Below, in pieces: positions 50,093-60,085 of a DNA stretch of 64,000 nucleotides. The first letter of the stretch is position 1. The number at the start of each line of letters is the position of its first letter. The notes below the pieces were generated by a model. The model saw only the letters and a program-made list of their open reading frames with translations, did not search any database and was not told the origin of the DNA. Both the position numbers and the translations under genes were made by a program. The DNA is from a virus (lineage: Duplodnaviria > Heunggongvirae > Uroviricota > Caudoviricetes), in IMG/VR virus record IMGVR_UViG_3300046008_000242, positions 57,363 through 121,362 of that record. One strand, given 5' to 3'.

Positions 50093-51259
50093 ATGATAAC
50101 CTTTAAAGAATTACAAAATAAAATAGATGAAGCTAGAAAGAATCCTGATTTGAATCCAAAAATTTCAGCGTATGAATTTTTATATCCTTATAGAAATGAT
50201 GATAATGCGTTCATTTCATTTATGATGACAAATAAAATAGGAATTAAACCGTCTGCAACTTACGACGAAACTCCTTTGGGAATCTATTGTTATCCATTGA
50301 AAGAGATATGGAAGGCGTATCGTATAGATGATAAGAAATCATTTAGAGTATTACCATATGCTGGCGATATGGAATATGTAAAACTGATAAAATGGAATGG
50401 TAAGGGTAAATTTATACAAGATTTGTATAAAACATACACTGATGTAGAATTCAATAATGATATGAAGAATCTTAGAAAGGTATATAAAAATAAAACAAAT
50501 TCTAATATAGATGACGCATATAATGAATTGATTGATTTAATTAAAATATATGGCGGTAAAATAACATCCGACATTAAAAAGGGTTCATTAATCCATGTAT
50601 CTGGTATCCAATTTAAATCGGTTGATTATGAATCGATTGGATACAATAAAATAATTACAGAATTGAAACCATTAGAACGAAAGTACAATTTATGTGTATT
50701 TCCATTAGAAGAAATCATTAAAAAAGTGTATGATGACACTAGACAATCTGATATTTCTAATCCATATATGTTTTTAAAAATTACAAAATGGGTTTCTAAT
50801 TTTGGAGCAGATCCATCCATTGATGAATTTTTCAGAGGGACATATCATGCTCCATCCAAATCGAATTTACAAGATTCCTCTGAAAAATTACCTAATATGA
50901 AAATGACGTATGATTATATAAGAAGATGGAATCTTTTACTTAGAGAATTGGGATATGTTGGTATAGCAGATAGATCTGGTAAAGGTTTAATTCATAAAAA
51001 TGAACCAATACAAGCTGTATTCTTATCGTCAGAATTTGTTAAAGAAGTTGACACTTTCTTAAATAAAGATTATAAGAAAATTGTAAGAGAATCTTATGAA
51101 GAATCTAGAAAATATATTGAGGAATTGGAAGGATTGAATTCTTTAACATTTTCCACCAAACATCTTGAAAAAATATATGAACATGAAGAATCTACTATAA
51201 AAATTTCCAATGCAATGCATTCTGAAAATACGTTAAAAAGATTATTGAATAAATTGTAA
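50093..51259 (+). CDS. Hypothetical protein with a putative capsid-targeting N-terminus
   Basis: MITFKEL..IDEA; KIGI.P..TP.GIY.YPL; LGY.GI.D..G.G.IH.NEP.QAVFL. Confidence 0.55.
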   Translation: MITFKELQNKIDEARKNPDLNPKISAYEFLYPYRNDDNAFISFMMTNKIGIKPSATYDETPLGIYCYPLKEIWKAYRIDDKKSFRVLPYAGDMEYVKLIKWNGKGKFIQDLYKTYTDVEFNNDMKNLRKVYKNKTNSNIDDAYNELIDLIKIYGGKITSDIKKGSLIHVSGIQFKSVDYESIGYNKIITELKPLERKYNLCVFPLEEIIKKVYDDTRQSDISNPYMFLKITKWVSNFGADPSIDEFFRGTYHAPSKSNLQDSSEKLPNMKMTYDYIRRWNLLLRELGYVGIADRSGKGLIHKNEPIQAVFLSSEFVKEVDTFLNKDYKKIVRESYEESRKYIEELEGLNSLTFSTKHLEKIYEHEESTIKISNAMHSENTLKRLLNKL

Positions 51260-51300
51260 CATTTTAGTATTATAATATGAACTGTATAATTTGAGAGGAT

Positions 51301-52170
51301 ATGAAAATGAGTAGAAAATCTATACCACATGTACACAAAATGAAAGATATTGATTTCATTAATGCATTAAAATCAATTAAACAAAATGGCGGAAATCTAA
51401 AGGATATTCCTGTCATGTTAAAAATTGATGGATTTGGATTCACTATTGGTAAAGATGCATATGGATACAAATATGTTAAAACAAGTAATTCTGGTAGAAT
51501 CTACCATCCAACCGAATTCTTGGATTATATACAAGATTGTAACATCAATGACCCAATTAGAATCAAACGAGCAGAACAATATAAGAAATTGGCTGATTTC
51601 TTTATATCTGACGTTGTATCTCCATTAGATAAACTACCAAATAATCATTCCATTAAAATGGAAGTGTTTGTTACTGATATGGGTGAAGTCATTGGTGATT
51701 ATATCAAATTTGTGCATATTGCTTACCCTAAATCAGTAATTGGTTCTGAATATACATTCTTTCCGCATTCGGTGTATGAATCTGGTGGTGCATTTGTGTC
51801 GGATAAATCACCCGAGATTATTGAAACATGTTTTAGAGGGTTTGAATATGGTGACCAATATGTTACATGGAATCCAACAATATCATTCAAAGATGTTAAC
51901 ATTGTAAAAGAATTATCATGGGTATTTGAAGCGTTAGACATACCAAATCTTGAACGAATCATTGTATCCAGGAAGAAATCTGACAAGGAACAAAAAGAAT
52001 CAATTAAACATGTATTACAAGAACGTAAAGATTTATTTTCAGACTTCTTAATCTCTAACGCAAATAACACTGATAGATTAGGCGAATTATTTGAAGGAAT
52101 TATCTTTGATGTCGATGGTAAATCATATAAGATAACTACTTCAGAATTTAAGGAATTGATGAAACAATGA
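51301..52170 (+). CDS. Ligase-fold nucleotidyltransferase-like protein (DUF6267-like)
   Basis: KIDG (KxDG motif I), EGII and YKI motifs; adjacent to a cytidylyltransferase. Confidence 0.5.
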   Translation: MKMSRKSIPHVHKMKDIDFINALKSIKQNGGNLKDIPVMLKIDGFGFTIGKDAYGYKYVKTSNSGRIYHPTEFLDYIQDCNINDPIRIKRAEQYKKLADFFISDVVSPLDKLPNNHSIKMEVFVTDMGEVIGDYIKFVHIAYPKSVIGSEYTFFPHSVYESGGAFVSDKSPEIIETCFRGFEYGDQYVTWNPTISFKDVNIVKELSWVFEALDIPNLERIIVSRKKSDKEQKESIKHVLQERKDLFSDFLISNANNTDRLGELFEGIIFDVDGKSYKITTSEFKELMKQ

Positions 52171-52709
52171 AAACATTAGTCTGTTCATTTGGTAGATGTA
52201 ATCCTCCCCATAAAGGTCATTTCTTGTTGATTGGTAAGATTAAAGAATTGGCAAAACAAAATAATGCGGATTCTGTTATGTTCTTATCGCATTCGGAAGA
52301 TAAGAAGAATCCTTTACCGTATGATTTGAAATCGAGATTGATGAATAAATGGTCTGATGGATTGGTAAAGATAGATTATGATAATAAAGTCAAACAACCC
52401 ATGAATCTGTTACATTATGTCAATGAGAATTTATATGAACGAGTTATCATTGTATGTGGAGAAGATAGACACCAAGAATATTCTAATAGAGTAAATTTGA
52501 TGTTATCAACAAGAGATTATTTTGAATTTAAATCTGTTGAAATTGTATCAAGAGGCGAACGATTTGGAATAGGACCGTCATCATATTCTAGTTCCAAGAT
52601 GAGAGAATTTGTTAGAAATAATGATAAGAATTCGTTTTATTCATATCTACCTCATGAATGTTCGTTTGATGAAGCAAATGAAATATGGGATTGTTTAATC
52701 AATAAATAA
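52167..52709 (+). CDS. Cytidylyltransferase-like (HIGH family) protein
   Basis: FGR.NPPHKGH, KNPL, G.DR, SSSKMR. Confidence 0.85.
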   Translation: MKTLVCSFGRCNPPHKGHFLLIGKIKELAKQNNADSVMFLSHSEDKKNPLPYDLKSRLMNKWSDGLVKIDYDNKVKQPMNLLHYVNENLYERVIIVCGEDRHQEYSNRVNLMLSTRDYFEFKSVEIVSRGERFGIGPSSYSSSKMREFVRNNDKNSFYSYLPHECSFDEANEIWDCLINK

Positions 52710-52732
52710 TAACATATTGAATAAGGAATCAT

Positions 52733-53677
52733 ATGAAAGACGAACATTTATTAAAAATGCTTGCCGACACATTCGACTTGGACCCAAAGGATAAAGATTT
52801 CAAGAAGAAGATTATGGTAAGATTAAAGGACGACAAGAACATACCAGATGCATTAAAGAAGACTGCATCTAATGTCATTATTTCAACAGTTTCAGAATCG
52901 GTAACACCAATGCAAACATTTAAAGAATTTAGAAAACGAGTAGATGAAGCATCTAGCTCAATGGATACATTATACAACACGCCAAGAAGATCTGCCACGG
53001 ATTTCAACGACGATAATGTAAATGATTTACATCAGGATAAAAATAAAGACGGACATATCGACGGAGACGTTAATAGAGATGGTAAAGTAGACGGCGATGT
53101 CAACAAAGATGGGATCCCAGATTACGATTTGGAAGATGATACAACGACTGACGATATCTATGGAAATCTAATTGGAACCAATGATGATGTAGTTGATGAT
53201 ATTTTTAATGGTATCGGTGAATTAGATGATTTAATCGATTTGGATGTTTATGATGATGAAGAATTTCATATTGTAGACGATGAAGGTAATCATGTCGGAT
53301 ATATTAATCCAGGTATTGTAGATCCATATTTCCAGACTAATGAATCTGTCGAACGTATCGATGAAATGTTAAGTAGAAGAGCTCGTATGAAAATGGCTGT
53401 TAAATTTCATCAATCACAATCAAAACGAATGGCTAAGATGAAAATTGCGTTACATACAAAATCATCGCCAGCTAAAATCGCATCTAGAGCTCGTAAAGCC
53501 GCTGTATTGGCCTTTAAAATGAAGATGGCAAAGAAACCTCTAAGTGCATTATCATTACCTGAAAAAGAACGTTTAGAAAAGATGGTTCAGAAAAAACGAG
53601 CAACCATCACAAAATTGGCAAATAAATTATTACCAAAAATCAAGAAGATTGAATCCACTAGATTGGCTCGTCGATAA
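52733..53677 (+). CDS. Acidic/basic bipartite protein, possibly prohead core/internal
   Basis: DxNxDG repeats, Asp-rich centre, IDE site followed by a Lys/Arg-rich C-terminus. Confidence 0.5.
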   Translation: MKDEHLLKMLADTFDLDPKDKDFKKKIMVRLKDDKNIPDALKKTASNVIISTVSESVTPMQTFKEFRKRVDEASSSMDTLYNTPRRSATDFNDDNVNDLHQDKNKDGHIDGDVNRDGKVDGDVNKDGIPDYDLEDDTTTDDIYGNLIGTNDDVVDDIFNGIGELDDLIDLDVYDDEEFHIVDDEGNHVGYINPGIVDPYFQTNESVERIDEMLSRRARMKMAVKFHQSQSKRMAKMKIALHTKSSPAKIASRARKAAVLAFKMKMAKKPLSALSLPEKERLEKMVQKKRATITKLANKLLPKIKKIESTRLARR

Positions 53678-53744
53678 CATATATTGTTTGTTCTTTCACA
53701 TAATAAATAATTTCATACTATTATTATATAAAGGAAAGAACAAA

Positions 53745-54611
53745 ATGAGTATATGGAAATGGACAGATAATGAAGCATCATTACCTTCATTTTTATCAGA
53801 AGACGATAGAAGAAACGTAATTTTTGTATCGCAGGCTGAAGCAGACGATCCTGATACAAAATTGAAAGGTATCAAATGTTCAGGTTGGTACAAATACTTT
53901 ACGTATAAAGATTCATCTGGTGCAACTAGACACAAAGTTGAATTGTTAAATGCAGCTTCAAACGCAACGTATTCTGTTGGAACAACTAGAACTGTTGATG
54001 CCAATTTAACCGCAACTCAATCTTATGTAATTTCTGCCACAGATCCTGCATCTAGTGTTATCTTCGAAGGAACTGCAGCAACTGTATCCACAACAGCTTC
54101 AATTTCGGTTGGTGGTGGTACTTTGAGTTATCAATGGCAAGTTTCTTCTACCAATAGAACATTTATTAATGTTGCTGATACTGGAGTTTATACAGGTTCA
54201 ACGACCAATACATTGTCTATTTCAAATACCACTGGATTAATTGGTAAGAAATATCGTTGTGTGATTACCGCAGCCAATGCATTTACTGTCACCACTAAAT
54301 TTGGGGAATTGAGATTAAAAGATCCATATAAAATTTCAATTTCGACTCAACCAACCAGTAAATCTGTTACGGCTCCTGCTGGGACAACATTTACAACAAC
54401 AGCTTCAATTTCAGCTGGCGGTGGTGCATTGAGTTATCAATGGAAAGTTGATGGTGTCAATTTGACAAATACTGGAGTTTACACTGGAGCAACAACTGCA
54501 ACATTGACCATCTCTAATGTGTCTGGATTGAATGGTAAATTGTATACATGTAACATCACAGCAACAAATGCTACACCTACCTTGTCGACAGCAGCATTGA
54601 CTGTGGTGTAA
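53745..54611 (+). CDS. Virion protein with two Ig-like domains (Hoc-like decoration candidate)
   Basis: Two LSYQW...TG.T..TL.I.N..GL.GK.Y.C repeats; N-terminal GW..Y.TY.D..G..RHK.E. Confidence 0.7.
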   Translation: MSIWKWTDNEASLPSFLSEDDRRNVIFVSQAEADDPDTKLKGIKCSGWYKYFTYKDSSGATRHKVELLNAASNATYSVGTTRTVDANLTATQSYVISATDPASSVIFEGTAATVSTTASISVGGGTLSYQWQVSSTNRTFINVADTGVYTGSTTNTLSISNTTGLIGKKYRCVITAANAFTVTTKFGELRLKDPYKISISTQPTSKSVTAPAGTTFTTTASISAGGGALSYQWKVDGVNLTNTGVYTGATTATLTISNVSGLNGKLYTCNITATNATPTLSTAALTVV

Positions 54612-54612
54612 T

Positions 54613-54954
54613 ATGATTGATGACGATAATTTCTTCGATAAAGCTAAACATGCGTATAACAATCTTCAATGTAATAACATTTTTGAATTTAGACACGATT
54701 TCGCTAGATTTAATTTGTTGAAGAAATTATTTGTCAGATACACAAATAATGAATTATCATGTATTAAATTAATTGTCAATCATATAATTATTCTTTATAA
54801 TGTTTTTGGGAATAATAATACAGAATTCCTATATTATAGATTTGATGAAAAATACTGGCCTATAATAACATCTATTATAATGTTTTTGAATTATGATACA
54901 GATGAGACAATGGAATATGATATTAAAACCTTAGAATTACTAAAGGAAATGTAA
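54613..54954 (+). CDS. Conserved T4-like hypothetical protein
   Basis: A...Y.N..C....EF..D, LI.NHII.LYNVFG. Confidence 0.7.
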   Translation: MIDDDNFFDKAKHAYNNLQCNNIFEFRHDFARFNLLKKLFVRYTNNELSCIKLIVNHIIILYNVFGNNNTEFLYYRFDEKYWPIITSIIMFLNYDTDETMEYDIKTLELLKEM

Positions 54955-55367
54955 TGAAAATTATCGATAATCTTATTGCGTTGCGTATATTAACATTATT
55001 GACCACACCATTCAATCAGACGGATGCTTATAAATTAGGTATCATAGATGATGAAGGTAAAGTGTTAAGAAAATACAACACATTACAAACATCAGACGAG
55101 AAAGATTCCGTTAATTATCTCAAACGATTGGTATTTAATCTCAAACGCATGATGAATTTGATACCAGGTGGAGATAATAGAATCAAGAATTTGGCTGCAG
55201 CAATGTTTTTGATTAAAGAATCATACGAAAATGAAAATGACGAAAATTTAATATCAGAACAATTCATAAATCTTGTTACGTCAAATAAACGATTACTGGA
55301 TGAAGAATTACATGTAATTGAATTTTTACCATTATTGGAAAACGCAAATGGAAGAGCAGATTGTTAA
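54954..55367 (+). CDS. Conserved T4-like hypothetical protein
   Basis: LLTTPF..TDAYKLGIID..GK.L, RLVFNLKR, AAA.FLIKE. Confidence 0.7.
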   Translation: MKIIDNLIALRILTLLTTPFNQTDAYKLGIIDDEGKVLRKYNTLQTSDEKDSVNYLKRLVFNLKRMMNLIPGGDNRIKNLAAAMFLIKESYENENDENLISEQFINLVTSNKRLLDEELHVIEFLPLLENANGRADC

Positions 55368-55767
55368 TAGAAGGGTTGCTGATAGATCCAAAGATGTAGA
55401 ATTGGCAAACCAACAAAAATCAATAGATAAATTAGAAAGAGTTGTAGAAAAGATTGCAGAAAACACCATTACAATGAATAAAATGGTTGCAGTCCATGAA
55501 GAAAAAATCAATAATTTCGAAGAACAACATAAATCTCTTGTACAAGAAGTTAAAAACGTCACATCTAAAGTAGATGAGAGTGATAAAAAAATAACAAAAA
55601 ATGTAACAGATTTAGAAACAAAAATTTCCGATGAACATAAAGATAAATTTGACGATCTGGAAAAACGCATTTCCACTATCGAACAATGGAAATGGTTTGT
55701 TGTTGGTATAGCAGGTGCTGTCGGGTACTACCTAGAACACATGAATGTATTTTCAACAAAACCTTAA
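55348..55767 (+). CDS. Coiled-coil protein with a C-terminal membrane anchor
   Basis: MVAVHEEK, RI..IEQWKW followed by a hydrophobic tail. Confidence 0.6.
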   Translation: MEEQIVNRRVADRSKDVELANQQKSIDKLERVVEKIAENTITMNKMVAVHEEKINNFEEQHKSLVQEVKNVTSKVDESDKKITKNVTDLETKISDEHKDKFDDLEKRISTIEQWKWFVVGIAGAVGYYLEHMNVFSTKP

Positions 55768-55986
55768 GAATAATCCCATCAATAAAATGATGGGATTTCT
55801 TTTACCTTAAATTTACAATATAATAATGTTTAAATGGATTATAATGCTCGTTTATAATATATGTCAATCAACTCTACAGGATATATTATAAACGAGCATT
55901 AAACGACAAATAAGATGGATAAAATAACATCTTTTATAAGATAGTAAAAACGATTATAATAAATTATATTTTTAACTGGAGAAAAT

Positions 55987-56226
55987 ATGCAAGCAATCAA
56001 AATTGAATTTAACAATAATGTAATCAGAGTATTACTTTTAAATGGAGTTACATATTTCGACATCTTCTCTGATAAGGTTGAAGTGAGAAATCCAGAAGGA
56101 ATTGTCGTTTTTTATAAAGGTATCAGACCAAATGAATTAAATGAATCAAACTTCCAAGCATTTATCGAACAAATCTATTCAATCAATGCACCATGTAATC
56201 CTATAGTAGAACAACAAACATCATGA
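55987..56226 (+). CDS. Hypothetical protein
   Basis: GGAG RBS; TATAAT upstream. Confidence 0.5.
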   Translation: MQAIKIEFNNNVIRVLLLNGVTYFDIFSDKVEVRNPEGIVVFYKGIRPNELNESNFQAFIEQIYSINAPCNPIVEQQTS

Positions 56227-56526
56227 CACTAATCTATTTTCAATTAATTGGAGTGTTCTTTTGTATGGATGCATTATTCAATAAATCATTGTCTGTCCAA
56301 GATATTATGAAAACATTTTATATTGGTATCATTCTTATATTGACCATTTTAATTGAAGGAATAAATTTATGAATAAAACTACGTCTGCCAATGTTTATTA
56401 TTCTCTTAGAGGAGACGCGACACACTTTGACAGTAATGTGATGATTTTAGAATTACCAAAGATGGTAAACAAACTAATCCACCAAAACAATATAGTAAAA
56501 ATAAGAAACCTAAGAAATGGTGATTC

Positions 56527-57540
56527 ATGTCGTTGTATATAGATAAGAAATACATCCATCTGTTCTCATCTTCCATGCGCAACTTCCGAAAGATAAATGA
56601 GGAAACATGGAAGATGAGTTGTCCTATCTGTGGTGATTCAAAAAAGAACACAAAGAAGGCGAGAGGATTCATCTATACTGTTAAAAATGATATGTTCTAT
56701 CGTTGTTTCAATTGTAGTTACTCCACCACATTTGGTAATCTGTTGAAAGAAGTCAATCATCTATTGTATTCTGATTATATTGTGGAACGATACAAACAAG
56801 GTGTTAATAAACATAGATCCAATAAGACAATTGTGATTCCAGAATCAACTCAAAAGTTTTCTGAATCTTCAATCTACAATTCGAAGATTCTATCTCAATT
56901 AACACCAGTTGTTGAATCTAAAGAAGCAGTTGAGTTCCTAACAAGGCGACAGATTCCAAAAGATAAATGGAGTCTGTTGTATTACACCACACAATATAAG
57001 AAATTGATAAATTCAATTTTACCAGAGAAATTTGATTCTGAATTAGATTCACCTAGAGTTGTCATTCCATATTTCAACCAACAAGGTTATATCTTCCAAT
57101 TAACAGGTAGAGCAATCGATAACAATTTCATGAGATATTCTAATATCAAATTGATGGAAACGGATTACCCTGTATATGGTTTAGAACGGGTGGATCTATC
57201 CAAAAAGATATATGTTGTGGAAGGTCCTATTGATTCATTGTTCCTAGATAATTGTATTGCCGTATCTGGATCCGCGTTCAACAGTAATGCGTTCTTAAAG
57301 GAACATAAAGAAGATGTTGTATTGGTTTATGATAATGAACCAAGATCAATTGAAATAATGAAATTAATGGAAAACAGTATTAAACATAAATTTCATGTAT
57401 GTATATGGGACAATAAGATACAACAGAAGGACATCAATGAGATGATTATGGCAGGAGTGGATGTTAAACGTATTATAGATAATAATACGTTTGTAGGAGC
57501 AGAAGCTCTAATGAAATTTATAACATGGAGGAAATGTTAA
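56527..57540 (+). CDS. DNA primase (T4 gp61-like)
   Basis: CPICGDS..KARG..C.NC zinc finger; VEGPIDSLFL; DNEPR; KDINEM. Confidence 0.92.
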   Translation: MSLYIDKKYIHLFSSSMRNFRKINEETWKMSCPICGDSKKNTKKARGFIYTVKNDMFYRCFNCSYSTTFGNLLKEVNHLLYSDYIVERYKQGVNKHRSNKTIVIPESTQKFSESSIYNSKILSQLTPVVESKEAVEFLTRRQIPKDKWSLLYYTTQYKKLINSILPEKFDSELDSPRVVIPYFNQQGYIFQLTGRAIDNNFMRYSNIKLMETDYPVYGLERVDLSKKIYVVEGPIDSLFLDNCIAVSGSAFNSNAFLKEHKEDVVLVYDNEPRSIEIMKLMENSIKHKFHVCIWDNKIQQKDINEMIMAGVDVKRIIDNNTFVGAEALMKFITWRKC

Positions 57541-57733
57541 TGGGTAGGCGACAGGATAACGACTTATCTGAATATGTTGAAGATTCATTACAATCTGAAG
57601 AATTACCAAATGATTCTCGTTTCATCAAAAGGAAACGAGAACAGTATAATGTTGATTCTGAGATTAAAGAATTACACAAATTAAAATACCCAAATGATCC
57701 TATTTCGGATTCAATTTCAGACAAAATTTCATC

Positions 57734-58279
57734 ATGGAAAAAATAAATTCATATTTGTATGGTGTCGATAAAATGCGTAATCATTTTGTTGAAACAGAAA
57801 AAACGAATAAATCAATTAGAGTTTATAAGATATTCAAAAAACATCAAATCCGTCATAATTTGTTATTTGTATGGAATGATGAATTAATTCCGATATATAA
57901 TGATGAAAAGATGCAAGGAAAATATGGAATTTGTTGTAGTGTCACTAAACATTCCCAACGTAAAGATTTAAATGGTATGTATGAATGTACAGGAAAATAC
58001 ATTAAACAAGGATTCAATAGATTATATGAAATTAAGGTTTCATGTTGGTCTACATGGTTATTAAATTATGTTTGTGCATTCCCATACAATAAAAAAAGAG
58101 CAACGATATATGTACCAAAACATTATATGTTAACAATTAAATTTAATGAATCTTTAAAAGGACATTCAATAAGTTATAAAAATTCAACATGTATATGTAC
58201 AGGTAAAGAAACAGATAAACTGATTGAAGTCGGTTTCCATGGATTTATTGAAAAATCAAAAATTAAACAGATACAATAG
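57734..58279 (+). CDS. Hypothetical protein
   Basis: ORF in operon. Confidence 0.45.
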   Translation: MEKINSYLYGVDKMRNHFVETEKTNKSIRVYKIFKKHQIRHNLLFVWNDELIPIYNDEKMQGKYGICCSVTKHSQRKDLNGMYECTGKYIKQGFNRLYEIKVSCWSTWLLNYVCAFPYNKKRATIYVPKHYMLTIKFNESLKGHSISYKNSTCICTGKETDKLIEVGFHGFIEKSKIKQIQ

Positions 58280-58285
58280 GAAAAT

Positions 58286-58867
58286 ATGAAAGTTGAATTA
58301 TTATTTGTGACACCAAACGCCGAAGAATTCTTGGGTATTGTTGCTGGAGAATGTTATGGCGCAGATATTTCTGATACGGAAAAAAACATTAAAAGAGCAA
58401 GTCATTGTTCATCAAAAGGTCATCTAGCTGTATTACGATTCGCTCATGCTGTATTTAGAATCTCGGATATCTCAAGAGTGTGTTCACATCAGATGGTTCG
58501 TTCTAAACATCTTGACTTCCTACAGAAGAGTCAACGATACACAAAATCTGATGTATCTGAATTGCTAGAATTAGAAGTTCCACCATTTTTTGAAACATCA
58601 GAAGAAGTATCTATTGTATTAAAAGAAGCATTAGAACATTCTTATACACAATATGATAAATTATTATCATTGGGTGCCAAGAAAGAAGACGCTAGAATGG
58701 TGTTACCAAACTTCTCTCCAACATCATTAAATGTTGTCGGTAATTTCCAAGCATGGTTAGATTTTATCAAATTAAGAAATACCAAAGAAGCTCAATATGA
58801 AATTAGATTAGTTGCTCAAGAAATTGAACGTCAATTGAAAGAAGTTGCTCCTAATTTATTCAACTAA
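58286..58867 (+). CDS. thyX: Flavin-dependent thymidylate synthase
   Basis: GH..V, ISRVCSHQ.VR, Q.SQRY, EDAR.VLP, LR....AQ.EIR. Confidence 0.88.
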   Translation: MKVELLFVTPNAEEFLGIVAGECYGADISDTEKNIKRASHCSSKGHLAVLRFAHAVFRISDISRVCSHQMVRSKHLDFLQKSQRYTKSDVSELLELEVPPFFETSEEVSIVLKEALEHSYTQYDKLLSLGAKKEDARMVLPNFSPTSLNVVGNFQAWLDFIKLRNTKEAQYEIRLVAQEIERQLKEVAPNLFN

Positions 58868-59095
58868 ATTATTACATGACATACGAATTACATCAAATCT
58901 ATAACGAATCTGGTAATGATTTCAAAACCAAAGTCATCACTAAATTTAAACATAAACCCTCTTTTCAAGAAATATGCAAACTTGTTCCATCGTTAGAACA
59001 AGTGTTTGATTGTGAAAATTATATTATGAATGAATATATGACTTGTACATCAAATGGCATTTATCTATTGAAAGAAATCAAATAAGGAATTTAAT

Positions 59096-60085
59096 ATGAG
59101 CGTTCCTCATATCAAGGAAAAAACGGAATCAATGGTTATCCATTATCCTGAAGCAGAAGAATTCACTAATGAACAACTAAAGATCTTCTGGCTACCAGAT
59201 GAAGTTAAAGTTGAAAAAGACGTTCATGATATTCTCACTGGTTTCACTGAATCTGAAAAACATGGTGTAATCACAACATTACGTCTGTTCACATTATATG
59301 AATTACATGCAGGTCAGAATTTCTGGACAGGTAAATTCATGAAGATTTTCAAACGTCCTGAATTAGCTGCCATGGGTGCTACATTTGGTATGTTTGAATT
59401 GGCAATCCATCGACCATTCTATAATAAAATCAATGAATTACTTCATCTTAACACAGATGAATTCTATTTGGATTATGTAAATGATCCAACATTGAAAAGT
59501 AGAATGGAATTCATCGAGGATGTTATCTCAAACAAACATGAATTGTTGGCATTAGCAGGATTCAGTATGGTAGAAGGTGCCGTCCTGTATAGTTCTTTTG
59601 CATTCCTTAAACATTTCCAATCAAATGGTAAGAACAAACTCAATAACATTGTAAGAGGTATCAACTTCTCAATTAGAGATGAAGGTTTACATTCATTGGC
59701 TGGTAGTTGGTCATTCAAGACATTAAAACGTCAGATGAAATTGAACGCCGAAAAAGAAGCTTCTGTTAAGGAATCCGTCATCGAATTGGCTCATGTAATT
59801 TATGAACATGAATCTAGAATTGTTGACATGATTTTTGAAAAAGGGAATATGACTGGTATTTCTAAAGAATCATTAAAGATTTTTGTTAAATCCAGATTAA
59901 ATGAATGTTTGATTCAATTAGGTTATGAAGGTGTATTTGAGATACAAGAAAACTTAATTGCAGATTATTTCTATGACGGTTTGAAAAAATATTCATTCAA
60001 CGATTTTTTCGCGGGGATTGGGAACGAGTACAATAGAGCTTGGTCTGAGGATGATTTTTTATGGACACTTGAAGGGAATGCATAA
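59096..60085 (+). CDS. nrdB: Ribonucleotide reductase class I beta subunit
   Basis: FW.P.E, E..H, VEG..LYSSF, RDE.LH, DFF. Confidence 0.92.
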   Translation: MSVPHIKEKTESMVIHYPEAEEFTNEQLKIFWLPDEVKVEKDVHDILTGFTESEKHGVITTLRLFTLYELHAGQNFWTGKFMKIFKRPELAAMGATFGMFELAIHRPFYNKINELLHLNTDEFYLDYVNDPTLKSRMEFIEDVISNKHELLALAGFSMVEGAVLYSSFAFLKHFQSNGKNKLNNIVRGINFSIRDEGLHSLAGSWSFKTLKRQMKLNAEKEASVKESVIELAHVIYEHESRIVDMIFEKGNMTGISKESLKIFVKSRLNECLIQLGYEGVFEIQENLIADYFYDGLKKYSFNDFFAGIGNEYNRAWSEDDFLWTLEGNA

